Shown here in pieces: positions 1-11,978 of a stretch of DNA of 64,000 bases. Location: the NCBI GenBank assembly GCA_963666735.1, contig OY762926.1, forward strand, positions 928,001-992,000, written 5' to 3'. The notes beneath the pieces are model-generated. The model did not search any database. It was not told the origin of the DNA and worked only from the letters and a program-made list of their open reading frames with translations. Source of the stretch: Gemmatimonadota bacterium (lineage in GTDB: Bacteria; Gemmatimonadota; Gemmatimonadetes; Palauibacterales; Palauibacteraceae). The position numbers and the translations under genes are program-made. Within the stretch, counting starts at the first letter, position 1; every line of letters starts with the position of its first letter.

Positions 1-823
<823 letters not shown>

Positions 824-1555
824 CTACCTGGACGCGCCGCCGTCGGATCGCCCCTCCGGGAGCATCGCCTCGATCGCGGCGCGGGTCTTGCGCATCAACG
901 TCCTCCGGTCGGCCGGCTCCGCTCCCTCCGGTCGAATCGCCGGTCCCAACCGCACCGTGATCGAACCGCGCCTCACGCGCTTCGCCCCGGGCGGATAGAC
1001 GTGTCGGCCGCCATCGATCGCCGCGGGAACCAGGGGCGCCGGCGTCTCCAGGGCGAGGGCGAAGGAACCTCGCAGGAAACGCCCCAGTTGGCCGTCACGC
1101 GACCGGGTCCCCTCCGGAAACAGCACGAGAGTCAACCGCTCGGCCCCCATGCGGTGGCTTGCCTCCCGAAGCGTTTCCCTCGCGCTGCGGGCCCGGTCGC
1201 GGTCGATGAGCACATGCCCCGCGGAACGCATCCCCACCGAGAGCATCGGAATGTTCGCCAGCTCCTGCTTCGCGATGAAGCGCACGGACACGGGGAGGCC
1301 CGCGATGAGCGCCCAGATGTCGAAATACGACTGGTGGTTCGCGGCGATGACCTGGGTCCCCGACGGGTGGAGATGCTCGAGGCCGTGGACCGTGACGCGC
1401 ACACCCGCGGCCGCAAGCACGGAGCGGGCCCAGCCGCGGTTGGCCCGATCCATCCAGGCCCGGCCGCCGCCGACGAGGGCCGCGACGGCCGCCAGGGCCC
1501 CGAAGAAGATGGTTGAGAGCACGAGCGTGACGTAGAAGAGCGCCGTCCTGATCAA
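824..1555 (-). CDS. plsC: 1-acyl-sn-glycerol-3-phosphate acyltransferase (lysophospholipid acyltransferase family)
   Basis: NHQSYFD (HX4D), FIAKQEL and FPEGTRS motifs; N-terminal TM segment. TTG start overlaps the thiL stop. Confidence 0.9.
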   Translation of the reverse strand: MIRTALFYVTLVLSTIFFGALAAVAALVGGGRAWMDRANRGWARSVLAAAGVRVTVHGLEHLHPSGTQVIAANHQSYFDIWALIAGLPVSVRFIAKQELANIPMLSVGMRSAGHVLIDRDRARSARETLREASHRMGAERLTLVLFPEGTRSRDGQLGRFLRGSFALALETPAPLVPAAIDGGRHVYPPGAKRVRRGSITVRLGPAIRPEGAEPADRRTLMRKTRAAIEAMLPEGRSDGGASR

Positions 1556-2565
1556 CGCCCGACCTCGAAATGGTCGAACCCGGCCGGGAGCCCCGGATCC
1601 GACCGTCCGGTCACGGTCAGCCCCCGCCCCTCGCGCGCGCTCCCGACGCGTGTGAGCGGGAGATGGAACGCCTCGGCGAATGCCCGCTCCGTCCCTTGCA
1701 TGGCGCCGGCCGGAACGGCGAAGAGCAGTTCGTAGTCCTCGCCGCCGGCAAGGAGGAGGTGTTCCCCGGCCGGCGCCTGACGAAAGCCATCGAGAGCGGG
1801 AGCGGGCGGGAGGCGATCCGCCTCGATTTCGAGAGCGACTCGGGAAGCCGCCGCAAGATGTTGCGCATCCCGCGTCACGCCATCCGAAAGGTCGATCGCC
1901 GCGTGGATCCGGACTCGGTCCCGGAGCCACAGCGCCTCCGCGATCCTGGGGCTCGGGCGTTCGAACGCCCGACGAGCTCCGGGATCCGGCTCCAGCCCCC
2001 GCTCCAGGTCGCGCAGGGCGGCCGCGGCCGCGCCGAGTTCGCCGGTCACCCACAACTCGTCACCCGGACGCACCCCGCGCCGCATTGCGGGGGCCGTCGC
2101 GTGACCGAGCACGGTGACGTCGAGAAAAGCGGGACCCGGCGACGCGACGAGATCTCCGCCGAGGACCTCCGCGCCGGCCCGCCCGGCGATCTCTCCCACG
2201 CCCCGTCCCAGGGCCGCGGCGATCTCGACGTCCAGTTCGGGAGGCAGGGCCGCCGCCACGACCAGGCCGACGGGGGTCGCGGCCATGGCCGCGAGGTCGC
2301 TCAGCGCCGCCGCGGCCGCACGGTACCCGATCGTTTCCCACGTCATCCATTCGCGGCGAAAGTGAACCCCCTCCACGCTCGCGTCGCAGCTCACCACGAC
2401 CTGCGCGCCATCCGGAGGACGAAAGGCCGCGGCATCATCCCCGACCGGCAACGTGACGGTGGCCGCCGGGTCCGCACGGCCGCCCGTCGCGCCCGCTCCG
2501 CCCAGGAACGCCCGAATACGCGCCGTTTCCGGCCCTTCCGCGAGCGCCGGACCGCTGAAGTTCAC
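1552..2565 (-). CDS. thiL: Thiamine-monophosphate kinase
   Basis: VGDDAA, EGVHF, LSDLAAM, GGDL, IDLSDG, GGEDYELLF and GFDHF motifs. Confidence 0.93.
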   Translation of the reverse strand: MNFSGPALAEGPETARIRAFLGGAGATGGRADPAATVTLPVGDDAAAFRPPDGAQVVVSCDASVEGVHFRREWMTWETIGYRAAAAALSDLAAMAATPVGLVVAAALPPELDVEIAAALGRGVGEIAGRAGAEVLGGDLVASPGPAFLDVTVLGHATAPAMRRGVRPGDELWVTGELGAAAAALRDLERGLEPDPGARRAFERPSPRIAEALWLRDRVRIHAAIDLSDGVTRDAQHLAAASRVALEIEADRLPPAPALDGFRQAPAGEHLLLAGGEDYELLFAVPAGAMQGTERAFAEAFHLPLTRVGSAREGRGLTVTGRSDPGLPAGFDHFEVGR

Positions 2566-4127
2566 CCGGCGCGGGCCCCGGTTGCGGCGGCCGGCACCGC
2601 CGGGAGGGCGAGGTTGACGCCCGCCCAGGTTCCGGACCGCAGGCTTCCCAGCGCCCGACGCGCATCCGGCAGCGCGTCCGGCACGTCCGCCGGGGACCCG
2701 CCGATCTCGTCCACGCCGCGCAGAACGGCGAGAGCCGTGAGCGTCAGGGCGGCGGACGCGGCGTCGGCGGGGCGGAGGCCGGACGCCAGGCAGGCGCCGC
2801 AGACGCCGGTCAGCACGTCGCCCATGCCGCCGCTCGCGAACGCCGGGCTCACGAGCGTGGTCGCGCGCAGTTCACCTCCCGGCCGCGCCACCCAGGCCGG
2901 GGCGCCCTTGAGCAGGACGGTCGCCCGCGTCGCATCGGCCAGCCGCCGGGCCGCGGCCGGGGCATCCTCGCGGACTTCGCCGATGGACGTGCCGAGCAAC
3001 CGGGCCATCTCGCCGGGATGCGGCGTCAGGAGGAGGGGGCGGCCCGGAGCCGGTGGGCCCAGCGGCGCGGCGGCCTCCGCTGCTTCCGCTGTCGCTGCTT
3101 CCGCCGAGAGTACGTTCAGGGCGTCCGCATCGAGGACCAGCGGGACGGGCGCGCCCTCCAGCACGCGCCGCACCAGTCTTGCCCGCTCCGGTGCCGTTCC
3201 CAGGCCAGGTCCCACCGCGAGCGCGCCCGCCCAGTCCAACGCCGACTGCACCGCCTCGGGCGCGGACCAGTCCACGAAGACGGCCTCGGGCACGCTGGCC
3301 TGCACGATCTCCCGGTTCTCCGGGGCACTCACGACGCGGACGATGCCGACCCCCGCCCGGATCGCGGCGCGGGCCGCAAGCACCACGGCGCCGGCCATGC
3401 CCCGCTCTCCTCCGACGATCGCGAGATAGCCCGCGTCGCCCTTGTGGCCATCGGCGGGCCGCACCCCGAGCATGCTGGCCACCCATGCCGCCGTCATCGC
3501 CCGGGCCGACGGCGGCGGGTCCGGCGGCGGAAAGCCGATCTCCACCGAAACGAGGTCGCCGATGCGCTCGCGGGCCGGGAAACTCAGAAGGCCGGTCTTC
3601 GGCCACCCGAAAGTGACGGTGAGGTCGGCCCGAATCGCTGCGCCCGGCACGCGGCCCGTCGCAAAGTCCACCCCGCTGGGACCATCGGCGGAGACCACGG
3701 CAACTCCGGCGGCGTTCACGCGGTCGATCACCCTCGCCTGAAGCGGGCGGGGCGCCGTCGTCAGGCCCGTCCCCAGAATGCCGTCGATGACAGTATCGGC
3801 CACGGCGAGTTCCCGGCCCAGCGCTTCCGTCGGCTCGAGCGTCAGTCCCCAGCCCGCGAGAACGTCCGGATCCGGGGCTCGGCTTCCGCACTGGACGAAC
3901 CCGACGGATCGCCCCCAGGCGGAAAGGGTCCGTCCCGCGACCAGGGCGTCGGCGCCGTTGTGGCCGCTTCCCGCGAGCACCGCGACCCGGCCGGCCGGGA
4001 ACCGTTCATGCACATGGCGTGCCAGGGCCCGACCCGCGTTCTCGATCAGCGCGCGTTCGGGTATCGCCCCCGATTCGACGGCGACGCGGTCGATCTCCGC
4101 CATCTCGGCTGCGGTGGGTAGCCACAC
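2562..4127 (-). CDS. nnr: Bifunctional NAD(P)H-hydrate epimerase/dehydratase (YjeF_N + carbohydrate kinase domain)
   Basis: LIENAG, GSGHNGAD, DGILGTG, HKGDAG, GPGLG, DADAL, LTPHPGEM, GGMGDVLTG. Start uncertain (ORF open to 4268). Confidence 0.9.
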   Translation of the reverse strand: MWLPTAAEMAEIDRVAVESGAIPERALIENAGRALARHVHERFPAGRVAVLAGSGHNGADALVAGRTLSAWGRSVGFVQCGSRAPDPDVLAGWGLTLEPTEALGRELAVADTVIDGILGTGLTTAPRPLQARVIDRVNAAGVAVVSADGPSGVDFATGRVPGAAIRADLTVTFGWPKTGLLSFPARERIGDLVSVEIGFPPPDPPPSARAMTAAWVASMLGVRPADGHKGDAGYLAIVGGERGMAGAVVLAARAAIRAGVGIVRVVSAPENREIVQASVPEAVFVDWSAPEAVQSALDWAGALAVGPGLGTAPERARLVRRVLEGAPVPLVLDADALNVLSAEAATAEAAEAAAPLGPPAPGRPLLLTPHPGEMARLLGTSIGEVREDAPAAARRLADATRATVLLKGAPAWVARPGGELRATTLVSPAFASGGMGDVLTGVCGACLASGLRPADAASAALTLTALAVLRGVDEIGGSPADVPDALPDARRALGSLRSGTWAGVNLALPAVPAAATGARAG

Positions 4128-4224
4128 CTCCCGCGCGGCACAGCGCCACCAGTCCGATGACGGGAAGACGGGAACCCGGCCGGCGGGGCGCCGCGCTGCA
4201 TCGGCGGAGTCTCCGCCGGGGAAG

Positions 4225-4422
4225 TTACTTGTAGGACTGCTGGACGTTGCGTCCGAAGCTGATCTCACCGTTGTCGATCCGGATGTTGAACCCGCAGTCG
4301 GGCTTCGAGCAGACCCATGCCTTGTACCGGATCGGCGCCCCGTCGCGTCCGTAGTCCGACAGCGGGAGCAGAACCCCCTTCGTGCAACTCAAGCACTCCG
4401 TAAACGACCCCGAATCGGCCAC
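4225..4422 (-). CDS. Small hypothetical protein, putative zinc ribbon (CxxC...CxxxxC)
   Basis: 65 aa with protein-like composition unlike the GC shadow ORFs; GGAGG-type SD upstream; CLSC and CSKPDC. Confidence 0.75.
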   Translation of the reverse strand: MADSGSFTECLSCTKGVLLPLSDYGRDGAPIRYKAWVCSKPDCGFNIRIDNGEISFGRNVQQSYK

Positions 4423-4452
4423 GCGCTCACCCCTCCCGTTCCAGTTCCTCCC

Positions 4453-4815
4453 CTACGCGCTCCAGGGGTAGCTGTCCTCAAAAGCTTCGTCGAAGCTGAA
4501 GAGCCCCTCGAAGTCCTCTCTCGAATCGTCGGGTTGTTTGATCAGCACTCCACATTCAACCAGCGCGAAGACGATCTCGCCGATGTCCGTCGTGCCGTGC
4601 ACACCCCAATGCTCGAGTACGGTCCTCGCCAGAGGGCCGAACCGCTCCAGCGCGAGTTCCCGGACGGCGTCGGCGACTTCGGCGCCGCTGATGTGACGAG
4701 GCAGCTCGAGGCTGGACAACCGGCGCTGGAGGGCGGAGAGCAGGAACAGGTATGCGGCTTCGGTATACCTGGGGTTGCCCTTCCTGATGCCCGTCAGAAC
4801 GCCCGCTGTGTCCAC
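4453..4815 (-). CDS. Minf_1886-family conserved hypothetical protein
   Basis: RY..AAYLF, HISGAE, FGPLARTVLEHWGV..T.DIGEIVFALV, DSREDF pattern, recognised from memory of the family. Confidence 0.8.
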   Translation of the reverse strand: MDTAGVLTGIRKGNPRYTEAAYLFLLSALQRRLSSLELPRHISGAEVADAVRELALERFGPLARTVLEHWGVHGTTDIGEIVFALVECGVLIKQPDDSREDFEGLFSFDEAFEDSYPWSA

Positions 4816-4885
4816 CTCTTCCCACCTCGTCCCAGGTCCCTTTCCCCGGCCGTAATGCGCACTGCCCGCAAGGACATGAACGGCA

Positions 4886-4915
4886 AAGTTAGACGGGGGA
4901 AAAAGTTTGCGTCAA
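4886..4915 (-). promoter_or_regulatory. Putative sigma70 promoter for the Minf_1886 / Zn-ribbon / nnr / thiL / plsC run
   Basis: TTGACG-N18-TAACTT on the minus strand in an AT-rich intergenic patch. Confidence 0.5.
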
Positions 4916-4939
4916 GCTACGCCCTCGCGGCGGGCGCCC

Positions 4940-6223
4940 TCATTCTCCCGGATAGAGCGGAAAATCCGCGCACAGCGCCCGGACCTCGGAGTCCACCGCC
5001 GCAAGGATCGCATCATCGCCTTCCGAGCGCAGCGCGCGGTCCACGAGATCGGCGATTCGCTGCATTTCGCTCTCGCCCATGGATCGGGTCGACAGCGCCG
5101 CCGTCCCGATCCTTATGCCGGACGCCACGAAGGGCGAACGGGTCTCGAACGGCACGGTATTCTTGTTGACCGTGATGCCCGCCCGACCCAGGAGAGCCTC
5201 CGCATCCCTGCCCGTGAGATCCGTCGTCCGGAGGTCCACGAGGAGCAGGTGCGTATCCGTCCCGCCGGCCACGAGATCGTAGCCGTGTTCGGCGAGCCGC
5301 CGTCCCAGGGCGCGGGCGTTGCGCACGACGAGATCCGAATACTCGCCGAACTCCGGGCGCAGAGCCTCTCCGAGCGTGACCGCCTTCGCGGCGATCACAT
5401 GCATCAGGGGACCGCCCTGGAGTCCGGGGAACACGGCCTTGTCGACCGCCTTCGCGTGCTCCTCCCGGCACAGAATGAGCCCTCCCCGCGGCCCGCGCAG
5501 CGTCTTGTGCGTCGTCGTCGTCACGACATCCGCGTGCGGTACCGGGGACGGGTGGTGCCCGGTCGCCACGAGACCGGCGATGTGCGCCATGTCCACGAGG
5601 ACGCGGGCACCGCATTCCGCGGCGATCTTCGCGAAGCGCTCGAAGTCGATCCGGCGGGGGTAGGCGCTGGCCCCCGCGATGATGACGGAGGGACGCACGT
5701 CCAGCGCCGTCGCCCGGAGAGCATCGTAATCGATCGTCCGGTCCGAGGCTCGCACCCCGTAGGGGACGACGCGGTACCAGAAACCCGAGAAGTTGACGTG
5801 CGAGCCGTGGGTCAGGTGCCCTCCGTGCGAGAGGTCCATCCCGAGGAGCGTGGCCCCGGGTTCGGTGAGCGCCTGGAGCGCGGTCATGTTCGCGCCGGAG
5901 CCGCTGTGCGCCTGGACATTGCTGTGGTCCGCCCCGAACAGCCGGCCCGCGCGCTCACGGGCGAGGTTCTCGACCTCGTCCACGAACTCGCAACCTCCGT
6001 AGTAGCGGCGCCCCGGATAGCCTTCCGCGTACTTGTTCGTCATCACGCAGCCGGTCGCCTCGAGGACCCCCCGGGACACGAAGTTCTCGCTCGCGATCAG
6101 CTCGAGACCCGTACGCTGTCTCTCGAGCTCCCGTTCGATCGAAGCCGCCACCGCGGGATCCGTCTCGCGGAGCGGGCGCGGGTCCAGGGCGCCGATGGCT
6201 CTGCCTTCCGCCGTCGCACTCAC
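4940..6223 (-). CDS. glyA: Serine hydroxymethyltransferase
   Basis: [43 protein letters not shown] (PLP lysine). GTG start overlaps the upstream stop. Confidence 0.97.
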   Translation of the reverse strand: MSATAEGRAIGALDPRPLRETDPAVAASIERELERQRTGLELIASENFVSRGVLEATGCVMTNKYAEGYPGRRYYGGCEFVDEVENLARERAGRLFGADHSNVQAHSGSGANMTALQALTEPGATLLGMDLSHGGHLTHGSHVNFSGFWYRVVPYGVRASDRTIDYDALRATALDVRPSVIIAGASAYPRRIDFERFAKIAAECGARVLVDMAHIAGLVATGHHPSPVPHADVVTTTTHKTLRGPRGGLILCREEHAKAVDKAVFPGLQGGPLMHVIAAKAVTLGEALRPEFGEYSDLVVRNARALGRRLAEHGYDLVAGGTDTHLLLVDLRTTDLTGRDAEALLGRAGITVNKNTVPFETRSPFVASGIRIGTAALSTRSMGESEMQRIADLVDRALRSEGDDAILAAVDSEVRALCADFPLYPGE

Positions 6224-7413
6224 ACGTATCCCCTCTCTCTGTAGAGTTGTCGCGCGATCAGGCTGCGGTGCATCTCGTTGGCTCCCTCGTAGATCTCGGT
6301 GACCTTCGCGTCCCGGAACAGACGTTCCACGGGATATTCCCGCGAGTATCCGTAGCCCCCGAACACCTGCACGGCCTCGCGGGCGTTCATCATCGCGGTC
6401 TCGCTCGCGAAAAGCTTGGCCACGCTGGAGAGGCGGCGCGCCCGCGGGTCTCCCAGCGTGTGCGCGGCGGCCGCACGTTCGAGCAGTCCCCGCGCAGCCT
6501 CGAGCCGGGTCACCATGTCGCCGAGCTTGAATTCCATCCCCTGGAACTCCCGCAGCGAACGGTCGAACTGGCGCCGCGTATCCGCATATTCGAACGCCGC
6601 GTCCACCGCGGCCGATGCGATGCCGAGCGCCTGGGCCGCGATCCCGAGCCGGCCCGCCTCGAGGCCTTCGAGCGCATAGCTGAAGCCCCGGTTTACCTCT
6701 CCCACCATAAGTTCTTGCGGCAGAAATACATCCCTCAGAGACAAAGCGACCGTCTCCGATCCTCGCTGTCCCATCTTTCTCTCTTTCCTGCCGACCGACA
6801 ATCCGTCCGTCCCGGCCGGCAGGAGGAAGGCGCTGATGCCGCGCGGTCCACGCCGGTCCTCCGCCGTGTCCGTCCTGACGAACATCAGCACCACATCCGC
6901 GGACGCGCCGTTCGTGACCCACATCTTCTCGCCGTTGAGAATCCAGCCGCCTTCCGTGGGCACGGCCTGCGTCCGAAGCGCCGAGGCATCCGTGCCGGCG
7001 CCGGCTTCGGAGAGAGAAAAGGCGCCGAGCACCTGTCCGCTGGCCATCCGGGGGAGCCACTTGTCCCGCTGTGCCTCGCTGCCCCGGCGGAGGAGAATCG
7101 AGGCGGGGAGCGAGTTGTGGATGCTGACGGAGACCGCGACCCCCGCATCTCCCCACGCGAGTTCCTCCAGCACGTAGAGGTACGTGACGAGATCGAGGCC
7201 CAGACCATCGTACCGTTCCGGCACCCGCATGGCGAGGAAGCCGAGTTCGCCCAGTTCACGGTGGATCTCCACATCGAAACGATCCTCGTTCGCGTCCCGG
7301 GCTTCCGCCGTGGGCCGCAGCCGCTCTTCGGCGAACTGGCGCGCGAGCGTGAGAATCTGCTCCGCCTCGGACGAGAGTTCGAGCGCAGACCAGGAGCGGC
7401 GACCGGTCATCAT
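6220..7413 (-). CDS. Acyl-CoA dehydrogenase (short/branched-chain type)
   Basis: [50 protein letters not shown]. Confidence 0.93.
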   Translation of the reverse strand: MMTGRRSWSALELSSEAEQILTLARQFAEERLRPTAEARDANEDRFDVEIHRELGELGFLAMRVPERYDGLGLDLVTYLYVLEELAWGDAGVAVSVSIHNSLPASILLRRGSEAQRDKWLPRMASGQVLGAFSLSEAGAGTDASALRTQAVPTEGGWILNGEKMWVTNGASADVVLMFVRTDTAEDRRGPRGISAFLLPAGTDGLSVGRKERKMGQRGSETVALSLRDVFLPQELMVGEVNRGFSYALEGLEAGRLGIAAQALGIASAAVDAAFEYADTRRQFDRSLREFQGMEFKLGDMVTRLEAARGLLERAAAAHTLGDPRARRLSSVAKLFASETAMMNAREAVQVFGGYGYSREYPVERLFRDAKVTEIYEGANEMHRSLIARQLYRERGYV

Positions 7414-8276
7414 GCCGCCCTGTAGTCGTAGAAGCCGCGCCCGGTCTTCCGGCCCAGCCTCCCGGCGGCGACGTACTTCGCGAGCAGCGGACACGGGCGG
7501 TACTTGGAGTCGCCGAGTTCCGCGTGCAGGACGCGCATGATCGCGAGGCACGTGTCCAGTCCGATGAGGTCGGCGAGCGCGAGCGGTCCCATGGGATGGT
7601 TCATGCCGAGCTTCATCACGGTGTCCACCGCCTCGGCCTCCGCCACCCCCTCCAGGAGGCAATACACGGCTTCGTTGATCATCGGCATAAGGATCCGGTT
7701 GGCGACGAAGCCCGGATAGTCGTTCGCCAGGACCGCCGTCTTCGAGAGCCGCTCGCAGAGGCCAAGGGTGAGGTCGATCGTGTCGCCGGAGGTCTCGAGC
7801 CCGCGGATCACCTCGACCAGACGCATGACGGGCACGGGGTTCATGAAGTGCATCCCGATCACGCGCCTCGGGTCGCCGGCGTGCGAGGCGATGCGGGTGA
7901 TCGAAATCGAACTCGTGTTCGAGGCAAGGAGGGTTTCCGGACTCACGACGGCGGACAGTTCCTCGAACAGCCGGAACTTGAGCGTCGGATCCTCGCTGGC
8001 GGCCTCGACGACGACTTCCGCGTCTGCGAGCGCCGTCAACGACCGCTCCGCCGCGATCCGCCCGAGCGCCGCATCGGCCTCTCCGGCGGAGATCCGGTCC
8101 CGGCGGACCTGGCGCGCGAGGTTTCGCTCGATGGAGGCGCGCGCCCGGTCGAGCACGTCCGGGGCCACGTCCACGAGGCGGACCTCGACGCCGGCGACTG
8201 CGAAGACGTGGGCGATGCCGCTCCCCATCGTACCCGCACCGACGACGCCGACCCGCGATATCTCAGACGCTCGCAT
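7410..8276 (-). CDS. hbd: 3-hydroxybutyryl-CoA dehydrogenase
   Basis: [54 protein letters not shown]. Confidence 0.93.
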   Translation of the reverse strand: MRASEISRVGVVGAGTMGSGIAHVFAVAGVEVRLVDVAPDVLDRARASIERNLARQVRRDRISAGEADAALGRIAAERSLTALADAEVVVEAASEDPTLKFRLFEELSAVVSPETLLASNTSSISITRIASHAGDPRRVIGMHFMNPVPVMRLVEVIRGLETSGDTIDLTLGLCERLSKTAVLANDYPGFVANRILMPMINEAVYCLLEGVAEAEAVDTVMKLGMNHPMGPLALADLIGLDTCLAIMRVLHAELGDSKYRPCPLLAKYVAAGRLGRKTGRGFYDYRAA

Positions 8277-9168
8277 CGAGGCTCCCAAAGTTGTCGCCCG
8301 CGCCTGCCGCCGTCGTCGACGCCCGGGCGCCGGAGCGGCCTCCCGGTCCCGCGACCCGCCAGAGCCAGATGGTCCCCAGCGCGGTCACGAACGTGATCAT
8401 CAGCGCACCCTCGGGCCCGAAGGCGCCGCCTGTCCAGAGTGCCGGCCCCGTGACGGCGGCTTCGAGGCCGGAGATCGATACGTCGATCCCGCTCACGGGC
8501 AGACCGCTCGCCGCCATGATCCAGTTCCATCCGAAGTGGAGGCCCGTGACGAACCACAGGCTTCCCGAGCGCCAGTACGCCACGCCGAGCAACACGCCGG
8601 CAAGGGTCAGGTTGACCAGCGCCAGCGGGGTCACTCCCGGGTTGGCGCCGTGCATGAGGCCGAACGCCACGGAGGTCGCGAGCACGGCGGGGACGGGCCC
8701 GAACCGGAGGTGGAGGACGCGGAAGGGATACCCCCGGAAGAGGAGTTCCTCCGTGAACGCGGCCCCCAGCAGGAGGGCCGAGACCTTCACGCCCGCGAGG
8801 AGGGGCGCGCCTGACGCGGTCCACGAGACCCAGCCCGGTGCGGCCAGAGCGAGAATCGCGGCGCCGATGATCGCGAAGCCGGCCAGCACGCCGGAGCCGA
8901 GCTCCGCGAGGCCCGGAACCCCGCGCCTCAACCCGAGCGCGGATGGCGGGCGCCTGTCGATGCGGACCGTCAGCAGCCAAGTGACCGCACACGCCGCGAG
9001 CAGCACGGGCGTGACGGTCCCCCAGCCGATGGACGGCGTCATGCCGATGCCGAGAAGGCCGGCGATGCTCGCGGTCGCGAACCCGAACACGAGTCCGAAG
9101 GCGATGAAGAGACCGGCGAAGGCCGCCAGCCGCCCAGCCCAGGCCCAGCCTTGGGGCTTGACGTTCAT
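8263..9168 (-). CDS. CPBP/Abi (CAAX-protease-like) intramembrane metalloprotease
   Basis: [25 protein letters not shown]; multiple TM segments. Confidence 0.88.
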   Translation of the reverse strand: MNVKPQGWAWAGRLAAFAGLFIAFGLVFGFATASIAGLLGIGMTPSIGWGTVTPVLLAACAVTWLLTVRIDRRPPSALGLRRGVPGLAELGSGVLAGFAIIGAAILALAAPGWVSWTASGAPLLAGVKVSALLLGAAFTEELLFRGYPFRVLHLRFGPVPAVLATSVAFGLMHGANPGVTPLALVNLTLAGVLLGVAYWRSGSLWFVTGLHFGWNWIMAASGLPVSGIDVSISGLEAAVTGPALWTGGAFGPEGALMITFVTALGTIWLWRVAGPGGRSGARASTTAAGAGDNFGSLDASV

Positions 9169-10376
9169 CGCCGCTCCACGCTCAGCGCGACGGCGTTGCC
9201 CCCGCCCAGACACAGAGTGGCCATCCCCCGCTCGACGTCACGGTCCCGCATGGCGTAGAGGAGCGTCGTGAGGATCTTCGCGCCCGAAGCCCCGATCGGG
9301 TGGCCGAGGGCGATCGCCCCGCCACGGACATTCACGCGCTCGAGATCCAGTCCCAACGCGCGGGCATCCGCCAGACACTGCACGGCGAACGCCTCGTTCA
9401 TCTCCACGAGTCCGTAGTCGGCGACGACCGTCCCATCGAGCGTCATGAGCTTGCGCACGGCGGCGACGGGCGCGAAGAAGAGATCGCGAGGCGCCGTCGC
9501 GCCCACGGAATAGGCCCGGATCCGCCCCAGGATCGGAAGCCCGTGCGCCGTGGCATACGCTTCGGACGTCACGAGCGTGGCCGCGCCCCCATCGTTGAGC
9601 CCGGGAGCGTTTCCGGCCGTGACGCTGGGCTCGGTCACCTCCGGGGGTGCATCTCCGGCAAAGGCGGGCCTCAGCTTTGCGAGCGCCTCGAGCGATGTGC
9701 CGCGCCGCGGAGGCTCGTCCGCCTCGATCGTCACGGTTCCCTTGCGAGTCTCGATGTGGACCGGGACGACCTCCTCGGCGAATTCCCCCCCATCGATCGC
9801 ATGGATCGCCTTCTCATGGCTGCCGAGCGCGTAGGCGTCCTGGTCCTCGCGGCTCACGCCCGCCTTGTGGGCGGTGTACTCGGCGTGGCCGCCCATGTGG
9901 CAGGTACCGAAGGCGCACCACAGACCATCGTGTACGAGGCCGTCGACGAGCGGCCGGTCCCCGAACTTCACGCCCTCCCGGTGTCCCCGGAGGTAATAGG
10001 GAGCGTTCGACATCGACTCCATCCCGCCGGCCACCACGACCCGGGCGTCGCCGGCCTTGATCGCCTGCGCCGCCAGCATGACGGCTTTCAGGCCGGAGCC
10101 GCAGACCTTGTTCACCGTCACCGCCGGGACCGTCACGGGCACCCCGCCCCGGATCGCCGCCTGGCGGGCGGGCGCCTGCCCGACGCCTGCCTGCACGACA
10201 TTCCCCATGATCACATCGTCGATTTCCTCCGGGTCGACGCCGGCCCGGTCGACCGCCGCCGAGATCGCGAGACCGCCGAGATCCGGGGCCGCGAAGGAGG
10301 AGAGACCGCCCATGAAGCGACCCGTGGGGAGTCGCGCCGCGGAGACGATGACCGGAACTCTGTTGTTATCGCTCAT
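9165..10376 (-). CDS. Acetyl-CoA C-acetyltransferase (thiolase)
   Basis: [32 protein letters not shown]. Confidence 0.95.
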   Translation of the reverse strand: MSDNNRVPVIVSAARLPTGRFMGGLSSFAAPDLGGLAISAAVDRAGVDPEEIDDVIMGNVVQAGVGQAPARQAAIRGGVPVTVPAVTVNKVCGSGLKAVMLAAQAIKAGDARVVVAGGMESMSNAPYYLRGHREGVKFGDRPLVDGLVHDGLWCAFGTCHMGGHAEYTAHKAGVSREDQDAYALGSHEKAIHAIDGGEFAEEVVPVHIETRKGTVTIEADEPPRRGTSLEALAKLRPAFAGDAPPEVTEPSVTAGNAPGLNDGGAATLVTSEAYATAHGLPILGRIRAYSVGATAPRDLFFAPVAAVRKLMTLDGTVVADYGLVEMNEAFAVQCLADARALGLDLERVNVRGGAIALGHPIGASGAKILTTLLYAMRDRDVERGMATLCLGGGNAVALSVERR

Positions 10377-11305
10377 GTTCTATCGCTCATGCCGTCGTTC
10401 GAGCTGTTATCGCCCTTATCGTGCGGTTCGTGCGGTCCATGCTGTTCGGAATTACGACCCCGCCGCTTGCCGCGCCCGCGCTGCGGAACCGGCCCGAGGG
10501 CCCTTCGGAGCGCGGGCCACGTCGTCCAGCCGCGTCGCTCCGCGTCCTCGAGCATGCGGACGAGGATGCGCGCCGTCGCGACCGCGTCGCCCCGGGCGCG
10601 GTGGCGCTCGCGGATCTCGATCCCGTAGTAGTCGGCGACCGAGTCCAGGCCTCGACGCTCGAGCCCCGGTAGCAGTCGACGCGCCATGTGGATCGTGCAC
10701 AGACGAGGTCCGCGCGGGATACCGGCCCCCGCCCGCCGCATCTCGGCATGCAGGAAGCCCCAATCGTACGCCGCGTTATGTGCGACGAAAACCCGGCCAC
10801 GGAGGTGCTCGCGCACCGGATCGCAGATCTGCGAAAAACTCGGCGCGCCGTGCGTCATTTCCGTGCGGATGCCGGTGAGGCGCGTGATCCACGGCGGAAT
10901 CGTCGCGCCCGCGTCCACGAGCGTCGAATAGCAGCCCCCGATGGCCCCGCGATCCACGTCCACGATCGCGATCTCCACCACCCGGCCATTCTGCCCCGCG
11001 ACCCCGCCGTTCGTCTCGACGTCCACGACCGCGTATCGGAGGTCGCGCAGCCGTCTGGCCGCCGGCTTCCGGGCCCGCCGTGCCGCCGCGGCCAGCCGCC
11101 AGACATCGCCGCGCTCCCCGTTGCGGGCCACCTCGGGGATCCCTTCGAGCAACTGTGCAACGAGCCGGCGGGCCATGGCCGGCGGACACCCGTGCACCCC
11201 GAGGACCTCGGCCGCGAGATCCACCGACGAGCGGGGACCGTCCTCGAGACGACGCAGCGCCTTGCGCACCAGCACCCCATCGCGCGCGAAGTGCAACCCC
11301 GTCAC
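10373..11305 (-). CDS. DnaQ/PolC-like DEDDh 3'-5' exonuclease with an N-terminal extra domain
   Basis: VVDVETNG, FVAHNAAYD, HRARGDA. Confidence 0.85.
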   Translation of the reverse strand: MTGLHFARDGVLVRKALRRLEDGPRSSVDLAAEVLGVHGCPPAMARRLVAQLLEGIPEVARNGERGDVWRLAAAARRARKPAARRLRDLRYAVVDVETNGGVAGQNGRVVEIAIVDVDRGAIGGCYSTLVDAGATIPPWITRLTGIRTEMTHGAPSFSQICDPVREHLRGRVFVAHNAAYDWGFLHAEMRRAGAGIPRGPRLCTIHMARRLLPGLERRGLDSVADYYGIEIRERHRARGDAVATARILVRMLEDAERRGWTTWPALRRALGPVPQRGRGKRRGRNSEQHGPHEPHDKGDNSSNDGMSDRT

Positions 11306-11949
11306 GCGCCGCTCCCGGCACGCCGACCCTCCTCGGACATCAGGTAGCTCAAGCCTTCCAGTTCGAGCACGATGTCCACCGTCCGGATCGGCACCCCGTT
11401 CACCTCGGAGAGTTCGATCGGCGCGAAGTTGAGGATCGCCCCTACGCCCGCGTGCTCGAGTTCCGCGGCGATCTCGGCGGCCACCTCCGTGGGGGTCGCG
11501 ACGACCCCGATCTCCGCCCCGCGCTCCGCGATGACCGGCCGGAGGTCCGTCATGGGACGAATCCTGAGCCCGTGGGCCCGCGTCCCGATTTTCGCCTCGT
11601 CGACGTCGAAGGCCGCGACGACATCGAATCCGCGCGCCGCCAGCCCGCCGTACCCGAGGAGGGCGGACCCGATCTTCCCGACACCCACCAGCGCGAGCCT
11701 CCAGCTGCGCGAGAGCCCGAGGATCTTCTCCAGCGCCCGCACGAGTCCCTCGACCGAGTATCCGCGCCCGCGCTTCCCGAACGAGCCGAAGTGGCTCAGA
11801 TCTTTCCGGACCTGGGCCGAGGTGGCCCCTGAAGGTTCGGCAAGCTGCGAACTGGACACGAACTCGAGGCCGGCTCGTTCAAGGTCGCGCAACATGCGGA
11901 GATACAGGGAGAGGCGCCGAACCGTCGAATCGGAAATTCTGCCGCTCAT
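11302..11949 (-). CDS. rex: Redox-sensing transcriptional repressor Rex
   Basis: RRLSLYLR, QVRKDLSHFGSFGKRGRGY, VGVGKIGSAL, ILNFAP. Confidence 0.95.
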   Translation of the reverse strand: MSGRISDSTVRRLSLYLRMLRDLERAGLEFVSSSQLAEPSGATSAQVRKDLSHFGSFGKRGRGYSVEGLVRALEKILGLSRSWRLALVGVGKIGSALLGYGGLAARGFDVVAAFDVDEAKIGTRAHGLRIRPMTDLRPVIAERGAEIGVVATPTEVAAEIAAELEHAGVGAILNFAPIELSEVNGVPIRTVDIVLELEGLSYLMSEEGRRAGSGA

Positions 11950-11957
11950 GCCTACCC

Positions 11958-11975
11958 TTGTGAAAGGTTTCACAA
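11958..11975. promoter_or_regulatory. Rex operator (ROP)
   Basis: TTGTGAA-AGGT-TTCACAA matches the Rex consensus TTGTGAA-N4-TTCACAA exactly; 8 bp upstream of the rex ATG. Confidence 0.9.
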
Positions 11976-11978
11976 ACC

